The translations under genes and the position numbers were made by a program. From Raja brachyura (Eukaryota): DNA of 63,458 nt. Positions within the stretch are counted from its first letter, which is position 1; every line of letters begins with the position of its first letter. Where the stretch lies: assembly GCA_963514005.1 (NCBI GenBank), contig CAUPSL010001045.1:1-63458 (forward strand). Direction: 5' to 3'. Shown here in pieces: positions 50,766-62,415 of the stretch. The notes beneath the pieces are model-generated. The model saw nothing but the letters and a program-made list of their open reading frames with translations. It had not been told where the DNA came from and made no database searches.

Positions 50766-53700
50766 TGTAAATAAGCATTTCACAAACTCTTAAAGTGTGC
50801 AACATCTTTTAATGATAGCACAGGGTATTACACACATCATCAAGCACTGGCTACATTCTTCTACCGAACTGTACCCAGGGAGGGGAAAGCGTTATGATTG
50901 ATGTTAACTAGGCGGGGTTCATGGTACTGAGGTAGCTGTACTATTGGTTGCATTTATAAACCATCTACGTCCTTCCCCTTAGAAAATCAAAACAGATCAG
51001 TCGTAGCAACAGAATTAAACAGCAGAATTAAACAAGACTGCCATAACGATCTTATTAATCCGGCCCGAGCGCGTACGGGTGTCTCGCCCTTCCGCCGAAA
51101 GATCAAAAGGAACAGGAGGCCGCGAGGCAGCTGGGGAACCAGAGCAGGACGGTGGGGTGAGAGAAGCAGGAGTCAGAACCGCGACCGGCAACAGGTGACC
51201 CGCGCAGAGGGGAAAAGGGCACGCGATATGGGGACCGAGGAATGCAGGGAACACTGGCTGGGACGGCAGCCGGCTGTCGGTATATAAGTGGCGGGGCATA
51301 GGGGCCCGGAGGCTGCGGCTTCGGCTCATTAACCGCAAGCAGGTGTTGTCGGCTTCTTCGGTACGTAGTTCCCTCATAGTCGACCAGGTACGAACGAGGT
51401 GAGTCCGCCGCGCCAACTGCGGGAGCCACACGGGAGTAACCACTGGCGGTCTGCAACCGAATAACCTGTCCAGTCAACAGAGGATCGACTGGTCTGCACG
51501 ACCGATCGTGGGAACGCTGCTGGCTGCCATATTTCTCTTGAATGCGCCTCTGCACGGAGGCAGGCTGCAGCACCCGAGGTTGCAGCTGGCGCTGAGCAAT
51601 CGGGATGGTAGTTCTTGACATCAGACGCTGAGCAGGGGACCCCATGGCCGGATGCCTGGAAACGTTCCTGAGGTTCAGGAGATCCAAATACAAATCACAG
51701 TTAGACAGTCTCGCCTGTTCCATCAGAAGCTTGGCGCTGCGGACGGTCCGTTCAGCAAGGCCGTTGCTCTGTGGGTACTCTGGGCTGCTGGTGAAATGCA
51801 CGAAATTCCACTTGTCGGCAAAACATTTGAACTATCGGCTGGAAAACTGCCTGCCGTTGTCAGTCTGCAGCCGGACAGGGGACCCAAAAGTGGAGAAGTG
51901 TTTCCGCAGCTTTCGGATTACCATCTCCGACGTGAGGGATGTCAGCAAGTCCACTTCGAACCAGTTTGAGTACGAGTCGACCAGGACAAGGTAATTGTTG
52001 CCACGCCACTCGAAGATATCGGCAGCCAGCGAGGACCAGGCCAAGGCAGGAGCAGGTTTTGCAGCATGGGCTGTCGCTGTCAGTGTGGAGCAAGACTGTT
52101 GCACGTGGAGCAGGCAGAAACTCGGCCACGGATACATTTGGCCATTGCAGGCCAGCAGAATTAGCACTGAGCGTGGGCGAGAGTTGCATCGACCCCAGGG
52201 TGTCCGCTATGGGCTGCGCAGTAGCAAGAATCGAACAGGGAGGACGGGACCACCACTTTATGTCCCTTAACGATAACGCCATTCTGGAGCACCAATTCCT
52301 CGCGGACCAGGAAGAAAGGCTGTGTTTCAGTCGGCGCGCTGGAGTGTTTTGTTGGCCACCCTGATTTAATCACAAGGGCAAGCCGCTGCAAAACTGGATC
52401 GGTAGCGGTGTGTTCGGCCAGAAGCTGTAGCTGCTTGGTGGGAATAAAGTCAACACCCAGTACTAGGAAGTCTTCTGCCTCGTAGGGGTTGCGAGCACAG
52501 GAAGTCCGCGGGGCGCGGCATAGGGTGTCCGCAATGTGCATCTCGGTGCCCTTTCTTGTAGATGATGTCGAAATCGAAACGCTGGAGCTGCAGTATCATA
52601 CGCTGCAGCCTGGCAGGGGCAGCGTGAATCGGCTTGTTCAGGATTGTCACCAGTGGCTGGTGGTCGGTTTCGACCGTAAATCTGCTGCCAAACAGGAAGT
52701 CTCTGAACACCCCCATGTTGACCATGTTCTTGAGCATCGCCTCGACCTTGTCTTTCATGGCTTGAGACACCCAATGAGGTGCGCGGACCACGGGTTGTAC
52801 ATTTGGGTCAATGGAAATATGGTATGTCAGTGGTAACTTTCCCAGGTTATCGTTGAACAGGCCCTGGTTTTCTGCAACCGGGTCAAACGACAATTTCACT
52901 GTGTGGACCGTGCGGTCGAAGGACACCAGGCCGAGGTCTTGGCATGCACGGTTGCCCAGCAGAGTTACACAGTCAGAATTCAAAACATAGAAAACCAGGT
53001 TTCGCGTGGCATTTTGCAGCACACAAGTTAAAGTGGCCCTCCCCGCAGGCCTTAGAACTTCTCCTCCACAGGCATGCAGAGTAGAATTGTCAGCAATCAT
53101 TATTCCTTATCTCGTTGAAAAGATTTATTGACAAAACGTTGACTTTCGCACCAGTGTCTAAGTTTGCAAGGAAGGTTACATCATTGACAGTCACATATAC
53201 GGTGGGATCGGAACGTGGGCCAGGTGCATGTAGGAGTGTAAACACACTCGAATCCTCGGGAGAATTAATTGGATCTGCATCATATGATTCAGCTATGTAT
53301 GGCTGTGAGCCGTATCAACCATCAGATTGTGTCAGCCTGTATAGTTTAGGTCTGGCAATCTGTACCTGTTTCCCACGGGCACGACATGCCGCAGAGAAAT
53401 GATTCAGTTCTTTCCAAATGTTACAGGCCTTGCCATAGGCGGGGCACGTCGACAGTCTGTGGTGCATGTAGTTACAGTTTGGGCACTTTTTGGGGGCACT
53501 TCGCCAGGACCTGGGTTGGCACGCGGCAGAAAAGCCGTGTTTCCCATCCGAGGCTGTGGTCTCTTAAACCCAGCCAGGTTGATAGATTTGGTGCCCGAAT
53601 CCCGGTGGTCATCTGCAAATTCAACGACCTCAGACAATCTGCAGGCATGCATGGCTTTAGCTAACGTTAGATCCGCATCCCTTAGAAGCTCACATCGCAA

Positions 53701-55035
53701 CTTCTGGTCACGCATGCCAGTTACTAAAATGTCTCTGGTGAGATGGTCTGTCATGTAACCAAAACGTCACCGCTGGGCGAGATAACGCAAATCAGCGATA
53801 AAACATTCAACAGGTTCCTCCGGCAACTGTTTCCTTGAAAAGAACAGTGCCCTCTCCAGAATGCGGTTCGAGGGCAGGTCACAAATCTCCCTGAACTTAC
53901 GTAGCCGGCAAGCGGGGTCACTGTCAGATTCTGCAGGAGTAGTCACCACGTTGTTATCGTCCTGGACCGCTGGAACGCAGGTGGACGTTCTGGCTGTCTT
54001 CATGGCATCAGGTCCGACAAGGTTGAGTAGGAGGGAGGCTTTAAGGGAGTCAGGATCGGCTCGGAGTGCGACGTTGACAAAGTGGGTGAAATCAACTTCA
54101 AACGTGGCTCAGCGCTCAGAGATGTTAGCATCAAACACAAGCTGCGCGGGCTTTCTGCAAGAGGACGCCGTGGTCAGAGAGATTAAGCACAAATACGCAC
54201 AAATCAAAATAAATAAATAAAACACGATAGACAGGAGACGCAGGTATCTTCCAGCTTCGACATCATGTAAATAAGCATTTCACAAACTCTTAAGAAACAT
54301 AGAAACATAGAAACATAGAAAATAGGTGCAGGAGTAGGCCATTCGGCCCTTCGAGCCTGCACCGCCATTCAATGTGATCATGGCTGATCATCCAACTCAG
54401 TATCCCATACCTGCCTTCTCTCCATACCCCTGATCCCTTTAGCCACAAGTGCCACATCTAACGCCCTCTTAAATATAGCCAATGAACTGGCCTCAACTAC
54501 CTTCTGTGGCAGAGAATTCCAGAGACTCACCACTCTCTGTGTAAAGAATGTTTTCCTCATTTCGGTCCTAAAGGAATTCCCCCTTATCCTTAGACTGTGA
54601 CCCCTTGTTCTGGACTCCCCCAACATCGGGAACAATCTTCCAGCATCTAGCTTGTCCAACCCATTAAGAATTTTGTAAGTTTCTTTAAGATCCCCCCTCA
54701 ATCTTCTAAATTCGAGCGAGTACAAGCCGAGTCTATCCAATCTTTCCTCATATGAAAGTCCTGACATCCCAGGAATCAGTCTGGTGAATCTTCTCTGTAC
54801 CCCATCTATGGCAAGGATGTCTTTCCTCAGATTTGGAGACCAAAACTGTACCCAATTAAAGTGTGCAACATCTTTTAATGATAGCACAGGGTATTACACA
54901 TATTATCAAGCACTGGCTACATTCTTCTACTGAACTGTATCCAGGGAGGGGAATGCGTTATGATTGATGTTAACTAGGCGGGATTAATGGTACTGCGATA
55001 GCTATACTATTGGCTGCATATATAAACCATCTACA
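50766..55035 (-). mobile_element. Ty3/Gypsy LTR retrotransposon, decayed, RT domain deleted
   Basis: LTRs 50766-50969 and 54266-55035 (the latter split by a CR1); TSD ATACT at 50761-50765/55036-55040; PPT 50970-50980; gag, protease LDTGA (~53150), RNase H ETDHQPL, integrase VDSYS..TDNG..SNGLAER. Confidence 0.92.
54294..54855 (-). mobile_element. CR1 3' fragment inserted in the Gypsy 5' LTR
   Basis: (ATAGAAAC)n tail; LTR sequence ctcttaa|...|ttaaagtgtgc resumes after it. Confidence 0.9.
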
Positions 55036-55040
55036 ATACT

Positions 55041-55440
55041 GTTTACACAAAATATACAATTTTACCTCCCACCCTTTCCACCCATGTGGTCCACTGGCGT
55101 GGAATCCCTTCCCATATTTTGGGGGGCGACTCCACCACACCCTGCCCCCATGTCCAGCAGCGGAAATACCCTAGATTGTGGTCCTCCCCACTGAGCCTTG
55201 GCTTTGGCTGCACTCCTGCAGTCTGCAGAGGGCCAGTCGACAACATTCACAGACGGACATCTCGCTTTGCTGGGAGATCAACAAAGCTCACGCACACCAA
55301 AGCGCGTGTTTGACCGAGTTAATGACCATCGAGCAGCACTCGCATATCGGCCTCTGAATGTGTCCCTGGGAACAGTCCGTAAATCACGGAGTCGTCTGCA
55401 ATAGAGCTGTTCGGAATAAATCGTAACAGGCACCCTGGCA
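55041..55440 (-). mobile_element. L1/Tx1-like LINE ORF2 C-terminal fragment (host of the Gypsy insertion)
   Basis: Manual translation VINSVKHALWCA*ALLISQ; its 3' end continues left of the Gypsy at ~50670-50765. Confidence 0.45.
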
Positions 55441-56974
55441 AACCTCTCCAGACTCTTTTTGCATCTGCAGATCCTCCCCTGATAGTTTTAGTGTATCATA
55501 GATCCAAACACTATCACATGGTCATTCAAAACATGACATTTGTACACTACCACGTGGATAACCACGGTCTCCCTTTGTATTTTTGTGATAAGTTCCTCGA
55601 CATCATTTCAAGGCCAGAAATGTGTTCTTAAGTTCTAAATTGCCTGTTTATTATTACAAGCCCCGATTTCAACAGATCCCCGCGACTGCGTCACGTGGGG
55701 CAATCTACTGACCATCGGATGCGACCATTCGCGAGTCCAGAACACGCTCTCATTGGCGCATCACGGTTCATCTGGGTTATGCGCGCGTACAAACGGGGGG
55801 TATCCACGCACTCTAACACACACTCAGTCAACGTATATTATGGCATGAAGCGCTGTGTACGTTCCCCACATTTCATGACCTGCTGTATTGTGGCTTGGAG
55901 TTCACTGTGAATTCTCACCGGATACATCTTTGAACATGGAACTATTTGTAGATAACCGGTGTTAGGTACTCAGTTTCGAGGTACAACGTGGAAATAGGTA
56001 TTTGGGCCGGCCGAGTCCACGCCGACCAATTCATCACCCATTCACAATGGTTCTCCCTTAATCCGCATTCTTTTCTGCTTCCTACATGGTAAGAGCAATT
56101 TTGCCATGGCCAATTAATCTACTAACTCGCACATCTTGTGAATTTGAGGGTTAACCAGATGACCAAGAAGAAACCCACGCGGACACAGGAAAGAAGCAAA
56201 CAGTCTACACATACATTCTGGACGTCACCATCGAACACAGAATCCGGCACTGTGAGGTAGCAGCTCTACAATCTGCGCCATCCTATAAGATGCACTTCAA
56301 GCATCACATCTACGCTTTTTTTGCGCTAACAATAGAAGCCTCAAAAGGCGTTCGCTCTTTTTTTGTCTTTTGACTGATTTATCAACTCGTTTTGCTTTAA
56401 ATTAAATTAACTTTAAATTCGATGCCAACATGGAAACGTGTCACAATGTTTTATTCCATGCTAAATTGTTTTGATACAATTCGAACGCAATCTCAAGAAC
56501 GGCAACATACCCTACAAACGCCCGCGGCTTTTAAAAATGAAAAGTTACCGGAGGAAAGAGGGAAACCAAGAGAAAGTGAAAACGCCAACTAAAGGACAGC
56601 AGGGACCAGGAGTGAAGGCAGATCTCTGGTGCTGTGATGCAGCAACTCGATCAGCCGTGCGCCTAGGAAGATCTGCAGATGGGATAACCCCATTCAGCGT
56701 CTGGTATGGACAAGACAATGTCTTCGCGAAGAGAACTGCTCCAAGTACAGGAAAACGAATTGATAGCACAGGCATCTAACCTGTAAATGCGTTTACCGAA
56801 TTTGAAATGAGAGTAAATGGGTAAATGGGTATTAGAGCGCGTGGAGCAGTTGCTCTCACAACTTCCGCTGGGTCATGGTGTAAATGGACGTGATTGTGCA
56901 GGTGCTCAGCAGATACAACATGACACCAAATCGCTCAAAAGTGACACGTTGGTTAATCCATGTCTTGATATGAA

Positions 56975-57636
56975 AGTGTTTAAGAAGGAACTGCATATGC
57001 TGGAAAATCAAAGGTAGACAAAAATGCTGGAGAAACTCAGCGGTTGAGGCAGCATCTATGGAGCGAAGGAAATATGCAAAGTTTCGGGTCGAAACCCTTC
57101 TTCAGACTCATGTGAGGGTGGAGTGGGGGGTGGGAAGAAGAAAGGACGAGGTGGAGCCAGTGAGGTGAGGGAGAGCTGAGAAGGGGAACAGAAAGCAGTG
57201 ACTACCTGAAATTACAGAAGTCAATATTCATACCGCTGGGGTGTTAACTGCCCAAGCGAAATATGAGGTGCTGCCTCTCCAATTAACGGTGGTCCTCTAT
57301 GAACTGTGACTGACCGACATCCACAATAAACCCACTGACTCCCATGACTATCTGGCCTACACATCTTCCCACGCTGCTTCCTGTAAGGACTCCATCCCCA
57401 ACCCCCAATTCCACTGCCCGCGTCACATCTGCACCCAGGATGGTGTGTTCCACATGAGGGTATCGGAGATGTCCTCATTCTTCAGGAAACGGGGTTTCCC
57501 CGCTTTTACTATAGATGAGTTTCTCACCAGGGTATCTTCTATACCCCGTAACTCTGCTCTCACTCCCCATCCACCCACTCGCAACAAGGGCCGAGTCCCC
57601 CTTGTCGTCACCTTCCACCCTACCAGCCGCCATATA
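56975..57636. mobile_element. Penelope-like fragments in two orientations
   Basis: Minus-strand tail similar to 6700-7100; plus-strand SEMSSFFRKRGFP..RVPLVVTFHP. Confidence 0.6.
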
Positions 57637-58112
57637 CATAGAAACATAGAAAACTTAGAAAATAGATGCAGGGGTAGGCCATTCGGCCCTTCGAGCCTGC
57701 ACCGCCATTCAATATGATCATGGCTGATCATCCAACTCAGCATCCTGTACCTGCCTTCTCTCCTTACCCCCTGATGCCTTTAGCCACAAGGGCCACATCT
57801 AACTCCCTCTTAAATATAGCCAATGAACTGGCCTCAACTACTTTCTGTGGCAGAAAATTGCACAGCTTCAGCACTCCCTGTGTGAATTTGTATTTTCTCA
57901 CCTGGGTCCTAAATGACTTCGCCGTCATCCTTAAACTGTGACCTCTTGTTCTGGACTTCCCCAACATCGGGAAGAATGTTCTTGCATCTAGCCTGTCCAA
58001 CCCCTTAAGAATGTTTTAAGTTTCTATAAGATCCCCCCTCAATCTTCTAAGTTCTAGCGAGGTCAAGCCGAGTCTATCCAGTCTTTCTTCATATAAAAGT
58101 CCTGCCACCCCG
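57637..58112 (-). mobile_element. CR1 3' fragment
   Basis: Tail repeat and LPQKVVEA..FKRELD. Confidence 0.85.
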
Positions 58113-58659
58113 CTGTTCCTTTCTCGGATACTGCTGCGGACCCGACTGGCTACTAAAATGTGTCTGACTGTGAGCACGTTAAACAGTAAAACAGAATGGA
58201 ACAACTGCGGTAAACAGCTGCTCCGTCCAGGAAAATGTTAACATTGCGGGAATTATACATTGGTGGATTGTCACTCGGCATCATCGAGACAATCCACGAT
58301 TACATATAATAAGGATTAACTGCAGATTACCGGGGACATTCTAGAAGCAGGAGAACGCGCCCAGTGTCATTACAACCACAATCGTCGTTCCCTCGGTGCA
58401 GTAGCGGGTTTTGAGTTTGTAAGTGCGAATGGCAACAAATCGATCAAAAGGTGATAGCGACCGTGAACCAAACAGAACAGTCGATAGTTAGATGAGCAAG
58501 AAAGAGAATGCATCTGCACACAGGGGTGTAGAGCACATCAAACCCTCGCCGACAGAAGTCACCAAATATATGTAGCATGGCGTCGCACACTTTCACGGAG
58601 AAGTGCGCCATCACCGTAACACGTGATGCATTTTGGAGAGACCACAATTCCCGTCGCTT

Positions 58660-58968
58660 AAGTTTAGTTTTGTTTAGAGGTACAGCACGGAAACAGACAC
58701 TTTGGCCCGCCGAGTCCGCACCAACCAGCGTTCCCATCACACTAACACCAACCTCCACACACTAGGGACAATTTACACACACAACAAGCCATTTAATCTC
58801 TCCGTCTTTGGGGCGTGGGAGAAAACCGAGAATCTCGGAAAAGACGCATGCGGTCACAGGGAGAACGTACAAACTCCGTACAGACAGCACCCCTAGTCGG
58901 GATCGAACCCGGGACACTGGCACTGCAAGAGTTGTAAGGCAGCAACTCTACGGCTGCGCCACCGTGGC
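58660..58968 (-). mobile_element. tRNA-derived SINE
   Basis: Minus-strand A box TGGCGCAGCCG and B box GGTTCGATCCC, CR1-like 3' part, (TAAAC)-type tail; decayed relatives at ~49625-49830, 55980-56280 and 59700-60000. Confidence 0.75.
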
Positions 58969-60087
58969 CGCAATCGCCATCAGGTTTACAGGAAAAGAAT
59001 GTAAGAAGATATCGCGGTGAGCTGCAGAGACATGCACCACCGAATTTAAACGGTGGTCCTAATTATTCCACAATTCTGAAGGCTCTCTGTTGTCGAAAGT
59101 AAAGGCTTTGCTGGGAGTTCGGTTTGGTTAATTGTGGCACCTTTTCAACGAGAGATTTCACATAATCCTTACAAAGAGTCAATTTGGCACTGAAATGTAA
59201 AAGGTTAATAAAAATGCTAATCCGAAAATTCCATGGTTGTTAAGATTCCAAACACAACTCATAAAAAAGTACTGCAGAATGATGGCAGACATAATTACGA
59301 AATGGAAAATGAATATGTAATAGCAACAGGGAGACAGAGAGCAAGAGATAAAGTGACCTTTTACTTTCATTAAATCGAGAATCAATCCGGAGATGCACAC
59401 ATTGCTGGATAATTATTTTGGAGAAAATCAAGTCACATATCGCTATAGCTGTTCCCCGTCATCCTTCAGTAATGAATGAGATTACCCTTTCCGTAAAATA
59501 TTGGGAACACGTTAGAAAACAAGATTAAATGACAATGTGTCTGAGTAACTGAGCCGGTCACGCAGCTGCTGCGTCGGGAACGGACATGCGACGTGTCGGA
59601 TCTGAATCCTTCTTCACTCAGTGTATTCCGGGGTTGTGTGGTAATGTGATGCTGTGAGAGCTCCAGTCGTGCCTATACCATTTAATGATTAAAATAAATA
59701 ACTTGAAATCAGGCTCTTCTGCCCACCGTGTCCACGCTGCCCATCAAATTCGCGTTCACGGGATATTTTCTGAAGCCATTCTCTAATCACCTCCCTGCAT
59801 AATGCGGGCGATTTACAAAGGGCAATTAACCTCCAGACATTCATCTGCTTGGGATGTGGGTGTACACCGGCTCACCAGGAAGACACGCGTGTGAGTGATT
59901 TCGGGGAGAAGTGCAAGCGTCATACGAACAGCACCGGAGGTCAGGACCGAACGCGGGGCTGTGGTTCCAAGAGCCAGCAACCCTCCCGGGTGTGCCACTC
60001 TAGCGCATTATGTCTGTTAGAATCGCGATCAAAACAATGAGCAGTGAGATTTAGTGGGCGAATGTTCAGGCTGAGCTTCTGCGTTGT

Positions 60088-60452
60088 ACATAGAAACATA
60101 GAAAATAGGTGCAGGAGTAGGCCATTCGGCCCTTCGAGCCTGCACCGCCATTCAATGTGATCATGGCTGATCATCCAACTCAGTATCCCGTACCTGCCTT
60201 CTCTCCATACCCCCTGATCCCTTTAGCCACAAGTGCCACATCTAACGCCCTCTTAAATATAGCCAATGAACTGGCCTCAACTACCTTCTGTGGCAGAGAA
60301 TTCCAGAGACTCACCACTCTCTGTGTAAAGAATGTTTTCCTCATTTCGGTCCTAAAGGAATTCCCCTCTATCCTTAGACTGTGACCCCTTGTTCTGGACT
60401 CCCCCAACATCGGGAACAATCTTCCAGCATCTAGCTTGTCCAACCCCTTAAG
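60088..60452 (-). mobile_element. CR1 3' fragment (young family)
   Basis: Nearly identical to 7128-7491. Confidence 0.9.
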
Positions 60453-61123
60453 ATGGAAATCTTAATGGAAACGTCTGCACAACCACCGCCGCCCTACTCC
60501 GCCTCCCACCCTGAACTATAGACAGTCCCGTTTCCTAACCACGCAGATGTCAGTTCGATCGGTGACCCCCCGCATTTTTCATGTATAAAGGAACGATGGT
60601 TAAATATTGATCAAAAAAGTGAAACGAAAGAACTCAGCGGGTCAGGCAGCATCTGTCGAGCGAAGGGATGAGAGGTTTACTGAGTGTGACAGGGGCATCA
60701 GGGAGTAACTCTACAGCAACTCTACAGCTACAACACTATGCTGCCTAACTTAGTCCTACCTCCTCAACCTATCCTGTTTTCGTAGTCCCTCGAGGGAGTA
60801 TAGTAGAGCTATGATCTGGAACAACCTTCTGGTGAAGGCGTTGTCATGTTGCTGCTGTGGAGGAATTCCCAGACCATGGCGATGCAGAGAAGTAATTCAG
60901 TATCGGCTCATTGTGCAAAAACAGTAATTACTGCTTTAAGGTATTTGCGCATTTGTACAGTTGTCCATTGGGAAAGGAGCCAGGCGTATGTGTTTAATTT
61001 TACTTCACTACTGAATGTGAAGCAGGGGATTTACTTTAGCGGTTGCTGTAGCTACGCATCGGGTGTCCAGTGATATATCCAGCGACTCATATCTGGATTA
61101 CTCAGCATGGCCCAATGATGAAA

Positions 61124-61999
61124 GGGGGCGCTGGACTGCCAGCAGCCTCTGCCTGCAGCCCGTTTGTTTTTCCACCTTTTTTTTAATTTTTAGTTAGTTT
61201 AAAGTGTGTTTTTTGGGGAAACTTTAACTTTTCTATGTGGGGGAGGGGGGCAGGGTAAGGGGGAAACTGTTTCCCAGTCGCTTCCTGGCGGGGACGTGAC
61301 TATTTCTCCGAGTCGCGTCCTCGCCCCCCACCTCGCGGCCTACCTCCTGGATCCGAGCGGCCTTTCCTGCCGGGGACCGGGAACCGGACCAGAGCTGCAA
61401 CAGCGGCGGCGGCGCTGGAGTCACCACGGAGCGGGCGATGCCTACCTGGGTCGCCGTTGGAGCTCCGGAGCGTTGGGCCGCCGCTCCAACATCGTGGAGC
61501 TCTGGTTTAGAGAGCTCCCAACGCGGGCGGCGCTCACCGTCATCGTGGAGTCCTGGGGCCCTTTGCCGAGGGCCTCCAGCGTTGTGTCTCCACCCGGCGC
61601 GGCCAGTGGACTTTGGGAGCCCCGGACTCCGGTAGGAGGGGGCCGACTCGGGGTCCAGGCAGCTGAGGACGTCCCCCAGCCCCGACATCGGACTTACATC
61701 ACCTCGGGGAGCGGGCCTGAACACCGGGCCGCCCGTTGCGGCGACTGCAGGGGGCTCGGGGAGGCCCCCGACCACGGTGGAACAGTGGGGAACATCAGGG
61801 GAAGAGACTGACTTTGGTGCCTTCCCACACAGTAGGACATTTTGACCCTGCTGTGGGGGGATGTTTTATGTTGAATTCTATCTACTCCATGTTGTGTTCT
61901 TTATTTTTGTTTTTTAATGTATGGCTGTATGGCGATTTAATTTCGCTGTGCCAATTGGCACAGTGACAAATAAATGCATCTCTCATCTCATCTCATCTC
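61124..61999 (+). mobile_element. GC-rich non-coding retroelement with (ATCTC)n tail
   Basis: TSD ATGAAA at 61118-61123/62000-62005; absent from the paralogous block at ~47655-47665. Confidence 0.75.
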
Positions 62000-62229
62000 A
62001 TGAAATCCCGATCTGCATTACTGCTAATCCGCCATTTGCGGTAGTATATTTTGATATATAGAGTTCCTATTCTTCCTGCCTCCCGGACGATTTTGCTGCT
62101 ATTAGTGAAGTCCAACCACCACCTGAAATGAGAAAGTCTGCCAGGGTGTCGGTTAAGTGGAATTGGTTAACGTAATTGGTTAACGTCACGGTTATCAGCG
62201 TATTTTGCCGTATCTTCAGATTTGTAGGA

Positions 62230-62396
62230 GTCTCTTGACATAGTAAACATGGGTTGTATGCCTGGATATTGTGGGTACCAGTATAAAGTATATGCAGTCC
62301 ATGTGGCATCATAGTTACAGGTTAAAGTCACCGCTTATCCTTTTGTCTTCGTCGCCGAGGACAGTGGCTGTGTGACAGATTCTCCGTGAATCGTGA
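62230..62396 (-). pseudogene. TCR V pseudogene (5' half of V exon), paralogue of 48234-48540
   Basis: TIHGESVTQPLSSATKTKG*AVTLTCNYDATWTAYTLYWYPQYPGIQP; TAA at 62337-62335; 3' half and RSS missing; CR1 inserted in the leader intron. Confidence 0.9.
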
Positions 62397-62415
62397 CTGT
62401 AAAATAAATATATTT

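Larger units (their letters stand above)
56810..58988 (-). pseudogene. GPR139-like pseudogene exon 2, split by SINE, CR1 and Penelope-like insertions
   Basis: Mutated acceptor cttttcctg|TA AAC CTG ATG (NLMAI) at 58988; GNCGLSK at ~58640; CSVWFTVAITFDRFVAI at ~58430-58480; LFNVLTVRHILVASRVR at ~58140-58190; TM7 GVMLYLLSTCTITSIYTMTQRKL*EQLL..YPF at 56820-56930. Confidence 0.85.

Noticed and set aside
54248-54265. Specific tRNA primer for the Gypsy PBS
   Set aside because: Sequence TGATGTCGAAGCTGGAAG is degenerate (no TGG start), so the tRNA cannot be assigned by eye.
58930-58968. tRNA gene
   Set aside because: A/B boxes belong to a SINE head; no full cloverleaf seen.
61206-61811. 201-aa and 180-aa GC-rich ORFs
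   Set aside because: Inside a TSD-flanked insertion, no recognisable domain, expected from high GC content.
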